A stretch of 64,000 nt of DNA. It comes from Eledone cirrhosa (Eukaryota). The notes under the pieces are model-generated. The model made no database searches. It was not told where the DNA came from and saw only the letters and a program-made list of their open reading frames with translations. The stretch covers positions 20,708,001 through 20,772,000 of the forward strand of contig OZ024764.1 of the NCBI GenBank assembly GCA_964016885.1, in the 5' to 3' direction. Position numbers and translations under genes: made by a program. Shown here one piece after another: positions 24,281 to 37,400 of this stretch (the first letter of the stretch is position 1; the number at the start of each line of letters is the position of its first letter).

Positions 24281-26188
24281 CGAGTGTCCCAAGTAAAGAG
24301 TTTTTTGAGATACGAGCCGTCCCTCGGCTGATTTTTTGCGTTGAGTTCCAGTTCTAGTTGGCATAGTGACCGCCACAGGGAATACCATAACACCCGTCCA
24401 GCATCCCATGGGTTCGAAGAAAGTGAGGGCGAAGGACAGTGCTGAGAAGAAGAAGCAGATGATGTGTATTGAATTAAAGAAAGAAATTATAGAAAAACAT
24501 GTCCAAGGTGTGTGTGTAGTGGACTTGATAAAGGCTATAACCCCAGCTAAGGGTGGTAAAATAATTTCTAAACAGCGGACCTCTATCCATGAAAATATGG
24601 AGAAGCAGCTTGCAAGAGATACCGTGATGAAGATTATAATATGTGAGAAGGCACGAGCTATTTACGTTGATTTGCTGCAGCAGACCCCAGGTACTTCTAC
24701 GGACGAGGCATCGGCAAGCCCTTTAATGCCAGTCGGGGTTGGTTTGAGAATTTTAAAAAGAGGACCGGCATTCACTCCGTTGTCAGGCATGGTGAGGTAG
24801 CGAGCGCGGATATGAAGGCAGCTGAGGATTACCTCAAAACCTTTGTCAGAATTATAGCAGCCAAAGGATACATCCCTCAGCAAGTCTTTAACTGTGATGA
24901 AACAGGACTTTTTTGGGAAGAAGATGCCAAGGAGGACTTATATAATGGCAGACGAGAAGAGGATGCCTGGCCACAAACCCATGAAGGATAGGCTAACCCT
25001 CGCACTGTGCCACTGTGAACGTTGACTGTAAGATTAAGTTGCCGCTCGTTTATCATTCGGAAAACTTTAAGTCGCATAAGATTCTGTAAGAAAAACTGCA
25101 GGTTATGTGGAGGGCAAACCCGAGGTCATGGGTCACCAGGCAGATCGTTGTGGATTGGGTGAATTTGGTCCTGACATTAAAAAATATCCCCATGAAAATA
25201 ACCTACCCCTGTAAACCCTTCTTGTTCTGGACAATACACCTGCTCACCCACCTAACCTCGAAGAGTTCAAGTTTATAAAGGTCCTCTAACTTCCACCAAA
25301 CACCACCCCTATCCTACAGCCCAAGGACCAGCAGGTACTTTCTAATTTCACGAAGCTCTTCACCAAGCACCTGTTCAGTCGCTGCTTTGAAGTGACGGAG
25401 AGCACAAACTTCACCCTTGAGAGGTCTGGAAGGACCATTATAACATCGTGATATGCCTCAGAATTATCGATATGACCTGGCAGGGTCTTACAAAGAGGAC
25501 CTTGACCTCTACATGGAAGAAGCTGTGGCCTGAAGTTGTGTCTAAAACAGACTTTGAAAGACTGGAACCCGAAGCGGCAGTGGTGGAGGAGATTGTACCC
25601 CTCGGTAAGTCCATGGGCCTGGACATGGATGAAGGTGACATCAACGAGCTCATCGAGGAGCACCCCGAGGAAATGACAACGAAGGAATTAAAGGAGCTAC
25701 AGACACAGCAACACACGGGGTTTTTGCAGGAAATAGGTGACACAGAGGAGGTTATCTCAACAAGTGAGATGAAACAAACCTCATTAGACAGGTTTTTATC
25801 AAAAATCCCTGCAGATAAAAGTGAGGAAAGCGTGGCGAAAAGAGCAAAAATCAGCGAATAAGATTCAGTTATTCAGTTCATCCTTTCTCCTCCGTCAACA
25901 TCCTCAAGTCGTCTGATCTCCAAGATAGATGCTGTACATTATACTTAATAAAACCAGTTTATTGTAGTACATTCTATTGTATTGTTTTTTATATACAATA
26001 TTTGTCATTTATAAGTACATTTTTCTTATTTAAAAACACGTAACAAAACAAACTGTGGTTTTGGGGGTCTGGAACGGATTAATGGCATTTTAATTTATTT
26101 CAGTGGGGAAAATTGATTTGAAATACGAGTAATTTAAGTTACGAGGTCCTTCACGGAACAAATTAAACTCGTAAGTCAAGGTACCACA

Positions 26189-26190
<2 letters not shown>
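24281..26190 (+). mobile_element. Tigger/pogo transposon, copy B (left TIR largely lost, internal deletions)
   Basis: Paralog of 5680-7739. The right TIR gtaagtcaaggtaccacag is at 26171-26189, with transposase fragments spanning 24408-25861. Confidence 0.9.
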
Positions 26191-26220
<30 letters not shown>

Positions 26221-27936
26221 GAAGGAACGATCGACTTTCGTCAAATCGGACCGAGGAAGCAATGTTTCCATTGGTCTTTCCAATTGCTAGTACTATCGGT
26301 CGCAACTCTAGGTAGAAGGAACAACGTGAAATAAAGTGTCTTGCTCAAGGTCATAACGCATCGCCTGGTCCAGGAATCGAACTCACAACCTCAAGATATA
26401 TATATATATATATAAATGAAGAATATAGAAATTATTGTAGCAAAAAGCCAACAGTATTCCATTATATATATGTATATATAGTATAAAAGAGAAAACACAG
26501 GTAAGCATTAAGAGAAGGATTTTATCCAGGTATTTACGACCGTTTCATTGGTAAGTGCAACCTTATATTTCTATCCTGCAAATAGCAGCCACTCAATTAT
26601 AATTGTTGTTCACAGTCCAAATTTTCAAAATGGTAAGTTACTCTTGAAATAATTCTTAATATATAGAGAAAAACATTTATTTGGAATTGTATTTACTAGT
26701 ATAGAGAGAGAGGAATCAGAAGGTGAGGGGACAGACGGAATAGTATAGAGAGAGAGGAAGAGGTAGGAAGTAGAGTGACAAACTGAGATGGAGGGAGGGG
26801 TAGAGGTGGAAGGATTCTTTGGTCAGTTTTGATAGCAGACTTCATGTCGTGGAATGTAGTGAGTTAAAGAGAATTAAATTGATCATTTTTGGAGGGATGG
26901 ATATATATATATATATATAGTTAAATATTAGACAGGAACAAAAAACAGGCAGTGCAAATGGTAGTTTATACCGAGAGAGAGACAGACAAACACATCTATA
27001 CCCCTACTACAGTAAAACATATCTAAAGGGAGACAACTCTCGTTACATCCACCCTTCTTTTTGATATACGTCCTTTACATACTTTGTTCAATGGAATCTG
27101 CTTTATTTTGTGTCCTAAGTAGATTTCTGTTTAATTATTTACGAGATTCACAATGATTCACGTACCAAGTTACTTACATAGAGATATATTTCACATAGAA
27201 TCACAACAAATGAAAATATTAAGTCAACACTCTGTCAATCAGTCTCACATCACATGGGGTGCTGGAGTCTCCCTCTAATACTTTCTGAGACAGTCTTACC
27301 TCGAGTGATAGCAAGGCTAAGATGTTGGAACTACCAAACACCCTCATATGTATCACCTGACACCTCGGTAAGGAGAGCTGCCAACGATAACAAGAACCTC
27401 GTTGTCAGGGACCTATCTCCTCCAAACTTCTCCAACACCACAGACTAGAATATTCTACTCTTTATTCCCTATCAAATATATTTCAGTCTAGTTATTTATC
27501 TTGTTTCTTGTATATGTATTTTCAAAACTAACTGTCACATTTGTGAGACCCCAGTTAGTGATGTTTTCGTCTCCCTCCCACATCCTACATGCTGTAGTAA
27601 AAGTGAGGGTCACTGCTTCTGTAGACGAACGAAATAAAAGTTAAACTACCAGTAATTATCGGCAAAGTATTTATTCCAGTCTGTGATGTTTGAGAAGCTG
27701 GGCTGCTGACAACGAAGTTGTTGTCACTGTTGGCGGCTGGCTTTACCGAAGTACCCGATGACTCTTGTGAGGGTACTTAGCTGTTCTGGCAACTTAGCCC
27801 CCATATGACGCGATCTTACCGAAGTACCCGGTGATCTCTGTCAGAGTACTTAGCTGTCCTATTTTAATTACATTTACTGTTTTCAACTTCATTTTTTTAT
27901 TACAAACTTTACATAATTTAATTCCGTAAAAATATT

Positions 27937-28070
27937 TTACGTCACAAAAAAATCATTGAAGCATGCGCAGTGGTGCAGTTGTCGACTTCCTGTCCACGTG
28001 TTAGTCTTCCTACAACATCATTTAGACAACATTTCTGTAAATACTAAACACCTGAAACTATAATGTAAGT
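27937..28070 (+). promoter_or_regulatory. Putative promoter and first exon of a third ZNF paralog, whose coding exon would lie beyond the window
   Basis: Same TTACGTCA, GCATGCGCA (27961), ACTTCCTG and CACGTG cluster, with a GTAAGT donor at 28065. Confidence 0.55.
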
Positions 28071-29359
28071 ATTATGTCTATTAATATTGTAGATTTAAGC
28101 TCACTTTTCACATCACAAATATATATTTTCTTGTTTGTTTCATTACTGGAAATATAAAATGTTATCGTAATTATCTATATTTTACCTACCTCTAATTAAT
28201 TAAAGTGAAAACTTTTGTTGTTGCTGAAAAATAAATTAACAAAACTAAATATTTAAATATTCTAAAGGTCGTTTTTATATTATGTGTTGATATAATTAAT
28301 ATATTTTATTACAATTGTATAAATTTACAGTAGAATAACGTTGTAAATATGTTTTAAATATATACATAAATAACATAAGTGTGTAAATAACATTATAAAT
28401 TGCTGGCAATTCCTTGAGAAAGACATTACAAATATATTGTCTAAACTGTGTATAATAATATAATTTATTGAACAATAATGATAAAGGTAAGAAAAACACA
28501 GTGGGAGATGGCAATTGACCACCAAACGAGGTAAACATTTTCAACTTTCCCCTTTTTTTGCTTTGTCCGAGACAACTCAAAATATTCTTCAAGGAACTGG
28601 ATTTTCCATTCGGTTGGATCGAACGGATTTTACCATTTATAATCTACGGAGAGGAATAACAGATGTTCGGAGGAAAAAAGAATTGTTTGTGGCAACAACG
28701 TAGGGAACCAACCTGGAGCAATTGTATCACACAATTATACTTTCCTCCTTAACATACACTTACAATTTTTCAAAATCAAACCCCCCAAATATGAAATATA
28801 AATAATTATAAATGGCGAGGAACCATCCCATCTCCCTCTTGAAATAACCTGAATCTATTTATAGTCAGATGTGACTGAAAGGTCAATCCATACTTCCATT
28901 CTATTTCACAGAATTAGAAGCTTTGACCACTTGATAGAATTCAGGTCCAGTAATGTAATCACTCCGTAATTGTAAACATCTTGTATCACTATCATTCAGG
29001 TTTTGATTTTACTTAAGTCTTGCCCATGTTTTTTTTTTTTTTCTTTTTTTTTACACAAACTCACAATTTCGGTTTTTACTGCGGATTTACCCATGCGAAC
29101 TATTACACAAACTCACAGCCTTAGATTTTGTATTTCTAGCGTTTTTATTTTCCTTCTCTTTGCATGTTCAGTGCTCTTTCTCTCCCACTGTATTTACCTG
29201 CCTCTCACATGACCACACTCCTCTCTACGTACTCATCATCTTCTCACTCCTTCTACACCTTCCAACGCTGGCCCTCTACTGCCGGCTGTTGCCAGCCCGC
29301 CACCTGATTGCGCCATCTGTGCCCGCACTAACCAGTACTTAAAGACAATTAAATGTCAC

Positions 29360-30716
29360 CTATGCCACACAAGCTACCACAGAAGCATGTGTCAGCATCA
29401 CCAAAGCTCAAGCCGAAAGGCTTCAACACTGGACCTGTCATCGGTGCCACTTCAGCTCCGTCTATTCCGTGGTTTTGACCAACACTCTACCGACGACTTT
29501 GCCACAGCCCCCCAGGGCTTCTCCAAATCAAAGCTCCTTAGGAGCCCCGATCACAGACCTGGCCTTCGAGTCAACCATCCAATCGAAGATGGTTGGCCTT
29601 GAGCAGCTGCTGAGGAATATTGAAGATATCGAACCCCATCAAAGTTTCTTCTTACTCAGGAACTACCTGTCTATTCCTAAGCTTCTGTATCTGCTCAGGG
29701 TCAGCCCCTCTCACAGATTTCCATCCTGCCTCCAACGCTTTGACGACCTAATCTTCGAGAGACTCGAGTGTCTGGTCAATGTTGGTAAGTGTTCGTCCCT
29801 CTCTCTCCCCTGCTTCCTTTCCTCCACCCAAGCTTGCAGCATCCTCTCCTCTCCAACATGGACTAGTTCCAACAGGGAGTTGTGTGAAGCTCTCCAGCAA
29901 TGAAGTGAGTTGGGCTTGTCTCTTCCTGAGAAGGTGGAGGACAGTCGAAGTCAGTAGAACTTGGGACGGGATACGTTGGAATGCCACCTTCGACTCCCTC
30001 TTCGTCCTCTCAGATCAGTTTACAAGGTGCCGCTTACCATCTGCCAGCGCCAAATACTCCGGTGACTGGGTCGATGCCTTACCCGTGGCCAACGTTGGAG
30101 GCCTACTCAGCCTGGATGAACTTCGTGTCTCCATCACCCTCAGAGTGGGAGCTGACGTCTGCATGGGTTTGAGATGTGGCTAACTCCTCGACTCCACAGG
30201 CCCCCACAGTCTTTCTTGCTGCCTGAATGCCGGCCTCTTCGCCCGTCACACGGAGCTAAACTTTATTCTGAAGAGAGCTTTGGCCCGGGCAAACATCTCC
30301 TCAGTCTTGGAACCATCTTGGTTGTCCAGAAGTGACGGCAAAAGACCTGACGGCCTTACCCTGTGCCCCTGGTCGAGAGGCAGGTGCTTAATCTGGGACG
30401 TCACTGTTAGTGACTCCTTTGCTCTTTCCCACATCCTTGATGCTGCGGTAAGGACGAGAGCCACAGCTTCGGCAGACAAGCGGAGTAAGACCCTCAAATA
30501 CTCTGATCTGTCGGCCAGCTACATTTTTCAGCCTGTGGCTTTCGAGACGTTTGGGGGAGTCGGGCCGCTGACTGCGAGGTTCCTTTCCTCACTGGCGGCT
30601 CGCCTTATAGAGGTAACTGGCGAAATCGCGAGGGCGCTTGGCTGTTCCAGCACCTCAACCTCGCCATCACCCGAGGTAACACTGCCAGTGTGCTGGCTTG
30701 CCTCAAAACTCATTAG
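29360..30716 (+). mobile_element. CRE-like RLE retrotransposon fragment, copy B
   Basis: Same motifs as 10430-11720. It also retains KTLKYSDLSASYIFQPVAFETFGGVG, which is deleted in copy A. Confidence 0.87.
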
Positions 30717-32299
30717 AGAGGTTTCCCAGTACCCCTCGTTGCTGTCTTTTGCTCTGGTGTTGGCTCCGTTGTCCACCCCTTCCTTTACATTTTCTTTAAT
30801 ATTGCAACATTGAAGGAATTTATCTTTCATTGTATCATCCTTTATAGTGTTACCGAGGCATTTGTAATGTTATTTATATATTTAAAACATATTTCTTATG
30901 TTATTCTACTGTAAATTTATTTATATGCTCTGTTTATATTTTCATTCTGAAGTAACTTATCCACTTGTGTTGATATAAGTGATTCTATGACTTTCCTCTA
31001 AGCATTGTGTCATTATATATGTTATTATAAACGTGAATAAATTGAATTTATAGTGTGATAATAACCCTAGGGGTTAACTACACACTTTGAGGCAAGCCAA
31101 CACACTGGCAGCATTACAACGGGTGATGGTGAGGCTAAGGTGCTTAAATAACCAGGTACCCTCACGGGTATCACCTGACGCCTCTATAAGGTGAGGCTAA
31201 GGTGCTGAGATAACCAGGTACTCTTACGGATATCACCTGACACCTCAGTAAGGTGAGGCTACGGTGCTGAAATAACCAGGTACCCTCACGGAAACGACTA
31301 GATTTGTAGAAAAAGTAGGGTGAAAGTATACAAAGAGATGTAGTTTCACAGATCTACTCACACCTCACGTTGGGTGAGAATAATTATTTTTCTTAGAATT
31401 CTTGCTATACCCCTTTTTCAGTATTTTTTCTCTGGACCCCTTAGATACTTGCGATAGACGTTTTATTTCCCAGTATTAGGATTAGGGTTTCCGTTTTCAG
31501 GAAGAAAAGTCGATTGCAAACATCTAAGAGTTCGAGCAATAAAATTAAGGAAAGATAATTATTTCCCAGCCAACTGGAGAAGTGTGTAGCTCTTCTAAAC
31601 TCCGATAATCCTGTCTCCCACTTCTTTATCTACAAATCTAGTTGTTTCCTGCTACTTTGTTCCCTGTGGTATGCCTTAGTATTTGACACTATCTGTCTCT
31701 CTTACTGCCTAACTAGCAAGAAGTAAATCTGTCTCATGTGTTCACCTGATTGGTAGGTTATTAGGTGGTTGGTAGGTTTCTTGAAGTGTTGCAAATGGTT
31801 AGTTCACTTGCATCACAAAATACAAGAAGCCTCACTCCTCCTTCATTTCTTGAGCCATAACCATGACCACCATGTACCCCAGTGTATCCATCCTGGAGCT
31901 GTCCAACATGACCATGGTAGTCCCCTGCTATTCTAACTAGGTCTCTGTCCTCTGACATTGAGGTTATCTCTACTTATTCCTTTTCTACATATGGAGCAGG
32001 GCCACTTTCCTGAATGGGTCAGGGTCTTCTCTCCTATCCATTACCACTTTAGTTTTGGCTAAGTATATTCTTAGAACTTACCATTTCAAATTCTATATCT
32101 ATAGCTGGTCATCTACATAGAGAAGTTTCCATAGACAGCCAGTCTTAAACCTCTCTGTTATGGCTTGGAGAACTATGATGAACAACAGTGGGCTAAGAAC
32201 TAAACCATGATGAACTCCTACCTGTACCTTCAATTCCTCACTAGACACACTTTACTGACAGCTTCTCACAAGGCATTCTTCTACACCTAATTTCCTTAA

Positions 32300-34425
32300 C
32301 CCTTTAGTATATAAACTGGCCAGATATGGCCAGAATTCTCCCACATCTTTCTGTTCAAACTGGCCGTAATTAAATAATAATAATAATAATGAAATTATTG
32401 TGTACAGTGCTCAGGTGCACTACAACTCATCAAAGGTGCATGTATAGTACATAGAATAATGTACAAATGTCAAGAAAATGAACAGTGTATGAGTCATGAT
32501 ATAATAACAATAATGAAATATTGTGTACAGTGCCCAGGTGCACCACAACTCATCAAAAAAGTGCATGTACAGTACATAGGGCAATGCACAAACATCAGTA
32601 AAATGAACAGTGCACGAGTCATGATACACACATGTGTGCATGTGTATGGAAGGGGTACATCAGGTGTAGTTTTGGCATATTTCGGGAAGCATGAGTGTCT
32701 TAAAGGATGCAGTGTCTCGGCAGATAACAACTGACGCAGGCAGTTTGTTCCCTACTCCAGCAACTCTGAACGTGAAAAAATGTCTACGAAAGTCATGGGA
32801 GCTGTGCTGTTTTCTGATCTTGTAGGCATGTCCACGTGTGTTAGACACATGGAGATCAAAGAGGCGCTCAGGGTTGCAATTGGCGAGATGGTTAAAAACT
32901 TTGTGGGCATTCACCAAGTCCATTGCCAGACGTCGGAGCTTCAATGAATTCATGCCCAGGGAAGCAAGGCGTTCAGAGTATGGTAGGTGTCTGATGGAGG
33001 GTATGCGCTTGGTTGCACGTCTCTGAACAGTTTCCAGGAGGTCAATGTTCTGAGCAAGATAGGGGTTCCAGACTGATGATGTGAATTCCAAGTGTGGTCG
33101 TACCATAGCTGTATACAGTTTTAAATAGATGGCTGGAGAGCGGCTAACAAAGGTCTTGCTGAGTGATGCCAAGACACCCTCGGCCTTCTTGACAATCTTA
33201 GAGACATGCTTTGTCCAACGCAAATCATTGCTGACAGTAATGCCCAGGTCACGTTCACAAGAGGAATTTTTGATATCAGTGTTGTGGAGGGAGTATGTGG
33301 ACGCTGGATTTTTCCTTCCAAAATGCATGGTGGTACACTTGTCCACAGCCAGCTTCAGTTGCCAGTCTGTGATCCATTGCTGCATTGTGTCCAGGTCTGA
33401 TTGTAGGAAGGAGTTGTAAATTTCAGGATCAGTCCTTTTGATTTCAAGGTACAGCTTGATGTCATCTGCATATTTCAGTACCGTGGCATTCTGTAAGTTG
33501 GCATCTATGTCATTAATATATGCCACAAACAAAAGAGGACCAAGAACAGATCCCTGTGGTACACCAGATGACATCTCATATGGTGAAGAATGCTGACCTA
33601 GAACCGTGACTACTTCTTTTCGGCTGAGAATGAAGGATTTCAACCAGTCGAAAAGATCATCCCTCACACCCATTGCAGAGAGTTTTGCCATAAGTCTTTT
33701 GTGTGGCACAGAATTAAAAGCCTTAACAAAGTCAAGGTAAACAACATACACCCATGAGCTGCTGTCAGTGATCCGGGTGATGTCCTCAAGGAACTCAATA
33801 AGCTGATCACAGCAGCTGGAGTTAGGGATAAATCCAAACTGTGAGGGCCGGATGAGGCTGTGAGAGCTCCAGAAGTTCCAAAGTGTTTCTCTGACACAGG
33901 ATTCCATCAGTTTGGCCATACAGCTAGTAAGACTGACTGGACGATAGTTGACAGGTGACATGCGGTTGCTCTTTTTGAACAGGGGAATGACACTGGCAGT
34001 TTTCCACTGCTCCGGAGTAGCACCATTGTTGAGACAGTATTGAAAGAAGAAAGAAAGCTGGCGCAAAAGGAAATCCCCGCCACGTTTGAGAAGCAGGTAT
34101 GTCACACCATCAAGACCAGGGGAGGCATAGTTGCGCTTATTCTTAAGGTGACGTCGCAACATTGCAGGTGTAAATTCCATAGTTGTTATGGAATTTGATG
34201 TTAGAGATGGTGGAGATGGTACATTCTGGTTTTCAACAGTAAAAATACTTGCATAGCACTCAGCAACGAGTTCTGCGCATTCCTTGATTGGTCACTTATA
34301 CTTATGTTAAGGTATTGTTCTCAATATAAATAACATGAAAATCTCATAAATTTGATATTATGAGAGATAAAGCATTTACTGTGAAAATATAATAGTAAAT
34401 ATAAAGTAATGTGAATACTAAAGGG
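32300..34425. mobile_element. piggyBac-like MITE with both TIRs and TTAA target-site duplication, carrying a nested CR1-like LINE
   Basis: TTAA (32296-32299) + CCCTTTAGTAT ... ATACTAAAGGG + TTAA (34426-34429). Confidence 0.8.
32370..34284 (-). mobile_element. 5'-truncated CR1/L2-group LINE, copy B; RT ORF 32660-34180 (506 aa)
   Basis: Same RT motifs as copy A plus SPGLDG. A (TTA)n tail lies at ~32372-32390, and the 3' UTR has an extra ~120-bp repeat unit. Confidence 0.92.
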
Positions 34426-37400
34426 TTAATCTAATGTCACTAATAACTACTTTTATCAGTCTGTATAATCTAATGTCACTAATAACTACTTTTATCAGTC
34501 AGTATAATCTAATGTCACTAATAACTACTTTTATCAGTCAGTATAATCTAATGTCACTAATAACTACTTTTATCAGTCAGTTTAATCTAATGTCACTAAT
34601 AACTACTTTTATCAGTCAGTATAATCTAAAGTCACTAATAACTACTTTTATCAGTCAGTTTAATCTAATGTCACTAATAACTACTTTTATCAGTCAGTAT
34701 AATCCAATGCCACTAATTACTACTTTTATCAGTCAGTATAATCTAATGTCACTAATAACTACTTTTATCAGTCAGTTTAATCTAATCTCACTAATAACTA
34801 CTTTTATCAATCAGTATAATCTAATGTCACTAATAACTACTTTTATCAGTCAGTTCAATCTAATGTCACTAATAACTACTTTTATCAGTCAGTTTAATCT
34901 AATGTCACTAATAACTACTTTTATCAGTCAGTTTAATCTAATCTCACTAATAACTACTTTTATCAGTCAGTTCAATCTAATGTCACTAATAACTACTTTT
35001 ATCAGTCAGTTTAATCTACTGTCACTAATAACTACTTTTATCAGTCAGTATAATCTAATGTCACTAATAACTACTTTTATCAGTCAGTTCAATCTAATGT
35101 CACTAATAACTACTTTTATCAGTCAGTTTAATCCAATCTCACTAATAACTACTTTTATCAGTCAGTATAATCTAATCTCACTAATAAATACTTTTATCAG
35201 TCAGTTTAATCTAATGTCACTAATAACTACTTTTATCAGTCAGTTTAATCTACTGTCACTAATAACTACTTTTATCAGTCAGTATAATCTAATGTCACTA
35301 ATAACTACTTTTATCAGTCAGTTCAATCTAATCTCACTAATAACTACTTTTATCAGTCAGTTTAATCTAATCTCACTAATAACTACTTTTATCAGTCAGT
35401 ATAATCTAATCTCACTAATAAATACTTTTATCAGTTAGTTTAATCTAATCTCACTAATAACTACTTTTATCAGTCAGTATAATCTAATGTCACTAATAAC
35501 TACTTTTATCAGTCAGTATAATCTAATCTCACTAATAAATACTTTTATCAGTTAGTTTAATCTAATGTCACTAATAACTACTTTTATCAGTCAGTATAAT
35601 CTAATGTCACTAATAACTACTTTTATCAGTCAGTTTAATCTAATCTCACTAATAACTACTTTTATCAGTCAGTATAATCTAAATTCACTAATAACTACTT
35701 TTATCAGTCAGTTTAATCTAATCTCACTAATAACTACTTTTATCAGTCAGTTTAATCTAATCTCACTAATAACTACTTTTATCAGTCAGTTCAATCTAAT
35801 GTCACTAATAACTACTTTTATCAGTCAGTATAATCTAATTTCACTAATAACTACTTTTATCAGTCAGTATAATCTAATGTCACTAATAACTACTTTTATC
35901 AGTCAGTATAATCTAATGTCATTAATAACTACTTTTATCAGTCAGTATAATCTAATGTCACTAATAACTACTTTTATCAGTCAGTATAATCTAATGTCAC
36001 TAATAACTACTTTTATCAGTCAGTATAATCTAATGTCACTAATAACTACTTTTATCAGTCAGTATAATCTAATGTCACTAATAACTACTTTTATCAGTCA
36101 GTATAATCTAATGTCACTAATAACTACTTTTATCAGTCAGTATAATCTAATGTCACTAATAACTACTTTTATCAGTCAGTATAATCTAATGTCACTAATA
36201 ACTACTTTTATCAGTCAGTATAATCTAATCTCACTAATAACTACTTTTATCAGTCAGTATAATCTAATGTCACTAATAACTACTTTTATCAGTCAGTTTA
36301 ATCTAATCTCACTAATAACTACTTTTATCAGTCAGTTTAATCTAATGTAACTAATAACTACTTTTATCAGTCAGTATAATCTAATCTCACTAATAACTAC
36401 TTTTATCAGTCAGTTTAATCTAATCTCACTAATAACTACTTTTATCAGTCAGTTTAATCTAATCTCACTAATAACTACTTTTATCAGTCAGTATAATCTA
36501 ATCTCACTAATAACTACTTTTATCAGTCAGTATAATCTAATGTCACTAATAACTACTTTTATCAGTCAGTTTAATCTAATCTCACTAATAACTACTTTTA
36601 TCAGTCAGTTTAATCTAATCTCACTAATAACTACTTTTATCAGTCAGTTCAATCTAATGTCACTAATAACTACTTTTATCAGTTAGTATAATCTAATTTC
36701 ACTAATAACTACTTTTATCAGTCAGTATAATCTAATGTCACTAATAACTACTTTTATCAGTCAGTATAATCTAATGTCACTAATAACTACTTTTATCAGT
36801 CAGTATAATCTAATGTCACTAATAACTACTTTTATCAGTCAGTATAATCTAATGTCACTAATAACTACTTTTATCAGTCAGTATAATCTAATGTCACTAA
36901 TAACTACTTTTATCAGTCAGTATAATCTAATGTCACTAATAACTACTTTTATCAGTCAGTATAATCTAATGTCACTAATAACTACTTTTATCAGTCAGTA
37001 TAATCTAATGTCACTAATAACTACTTTTATCAGTAAGTATAATCTAATCTCACTAATAACTACTTTTATCAGTCAGTTCAATCTAATGTCACTAATAACT
37101 ACTTTTATCAGTCAGTATAATCTAATTTCACTAATAACTACTGTTATCAGTCAGTATAATCTAATGTCACTAATAACTACTTTTATCAGTCAGTATAATC
37201 TAATGTCACTAATAACTACTTTTATCAGTCAGTATAATCTAATGTCACTAATAACTACTTTTATCAGTCAGTTTAATCTAATCTCACTAATAACTACTTT
37301 TATCAGTCAGTATAATCTAATCTCACTAATAACTACTTTTATCAGTCAGTATAATCTAATGTCACTAATAACTACTTTTATCAGTCAGTATAATCTAATG

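Larger units (their letters stand above)
690..34358. repeat. Tandem segmental duplication of a ZNF gene unit (period ~17.5-19.1 kb)
   Basis: Colinear high identity between copies: post-ZNF sequence ~700 vs ~18225, Tigger ORF 6995 vs 25448, promoter 9030 vs 27961, CRE-like ORF 10537 vs 29469, CR1 ORF end 13529 vs 32660. Confidence 0.97.

Noticed and set aside
32660-34180. Domesticated stand-alone reverse transcriptase gene
   Set aside because: This is a typical 5'-truncated LINE lacking the endonuclease, nested in a MITE. Copy A has an upstream in-frame stop, and the differences between copies are largely non-synonymous.
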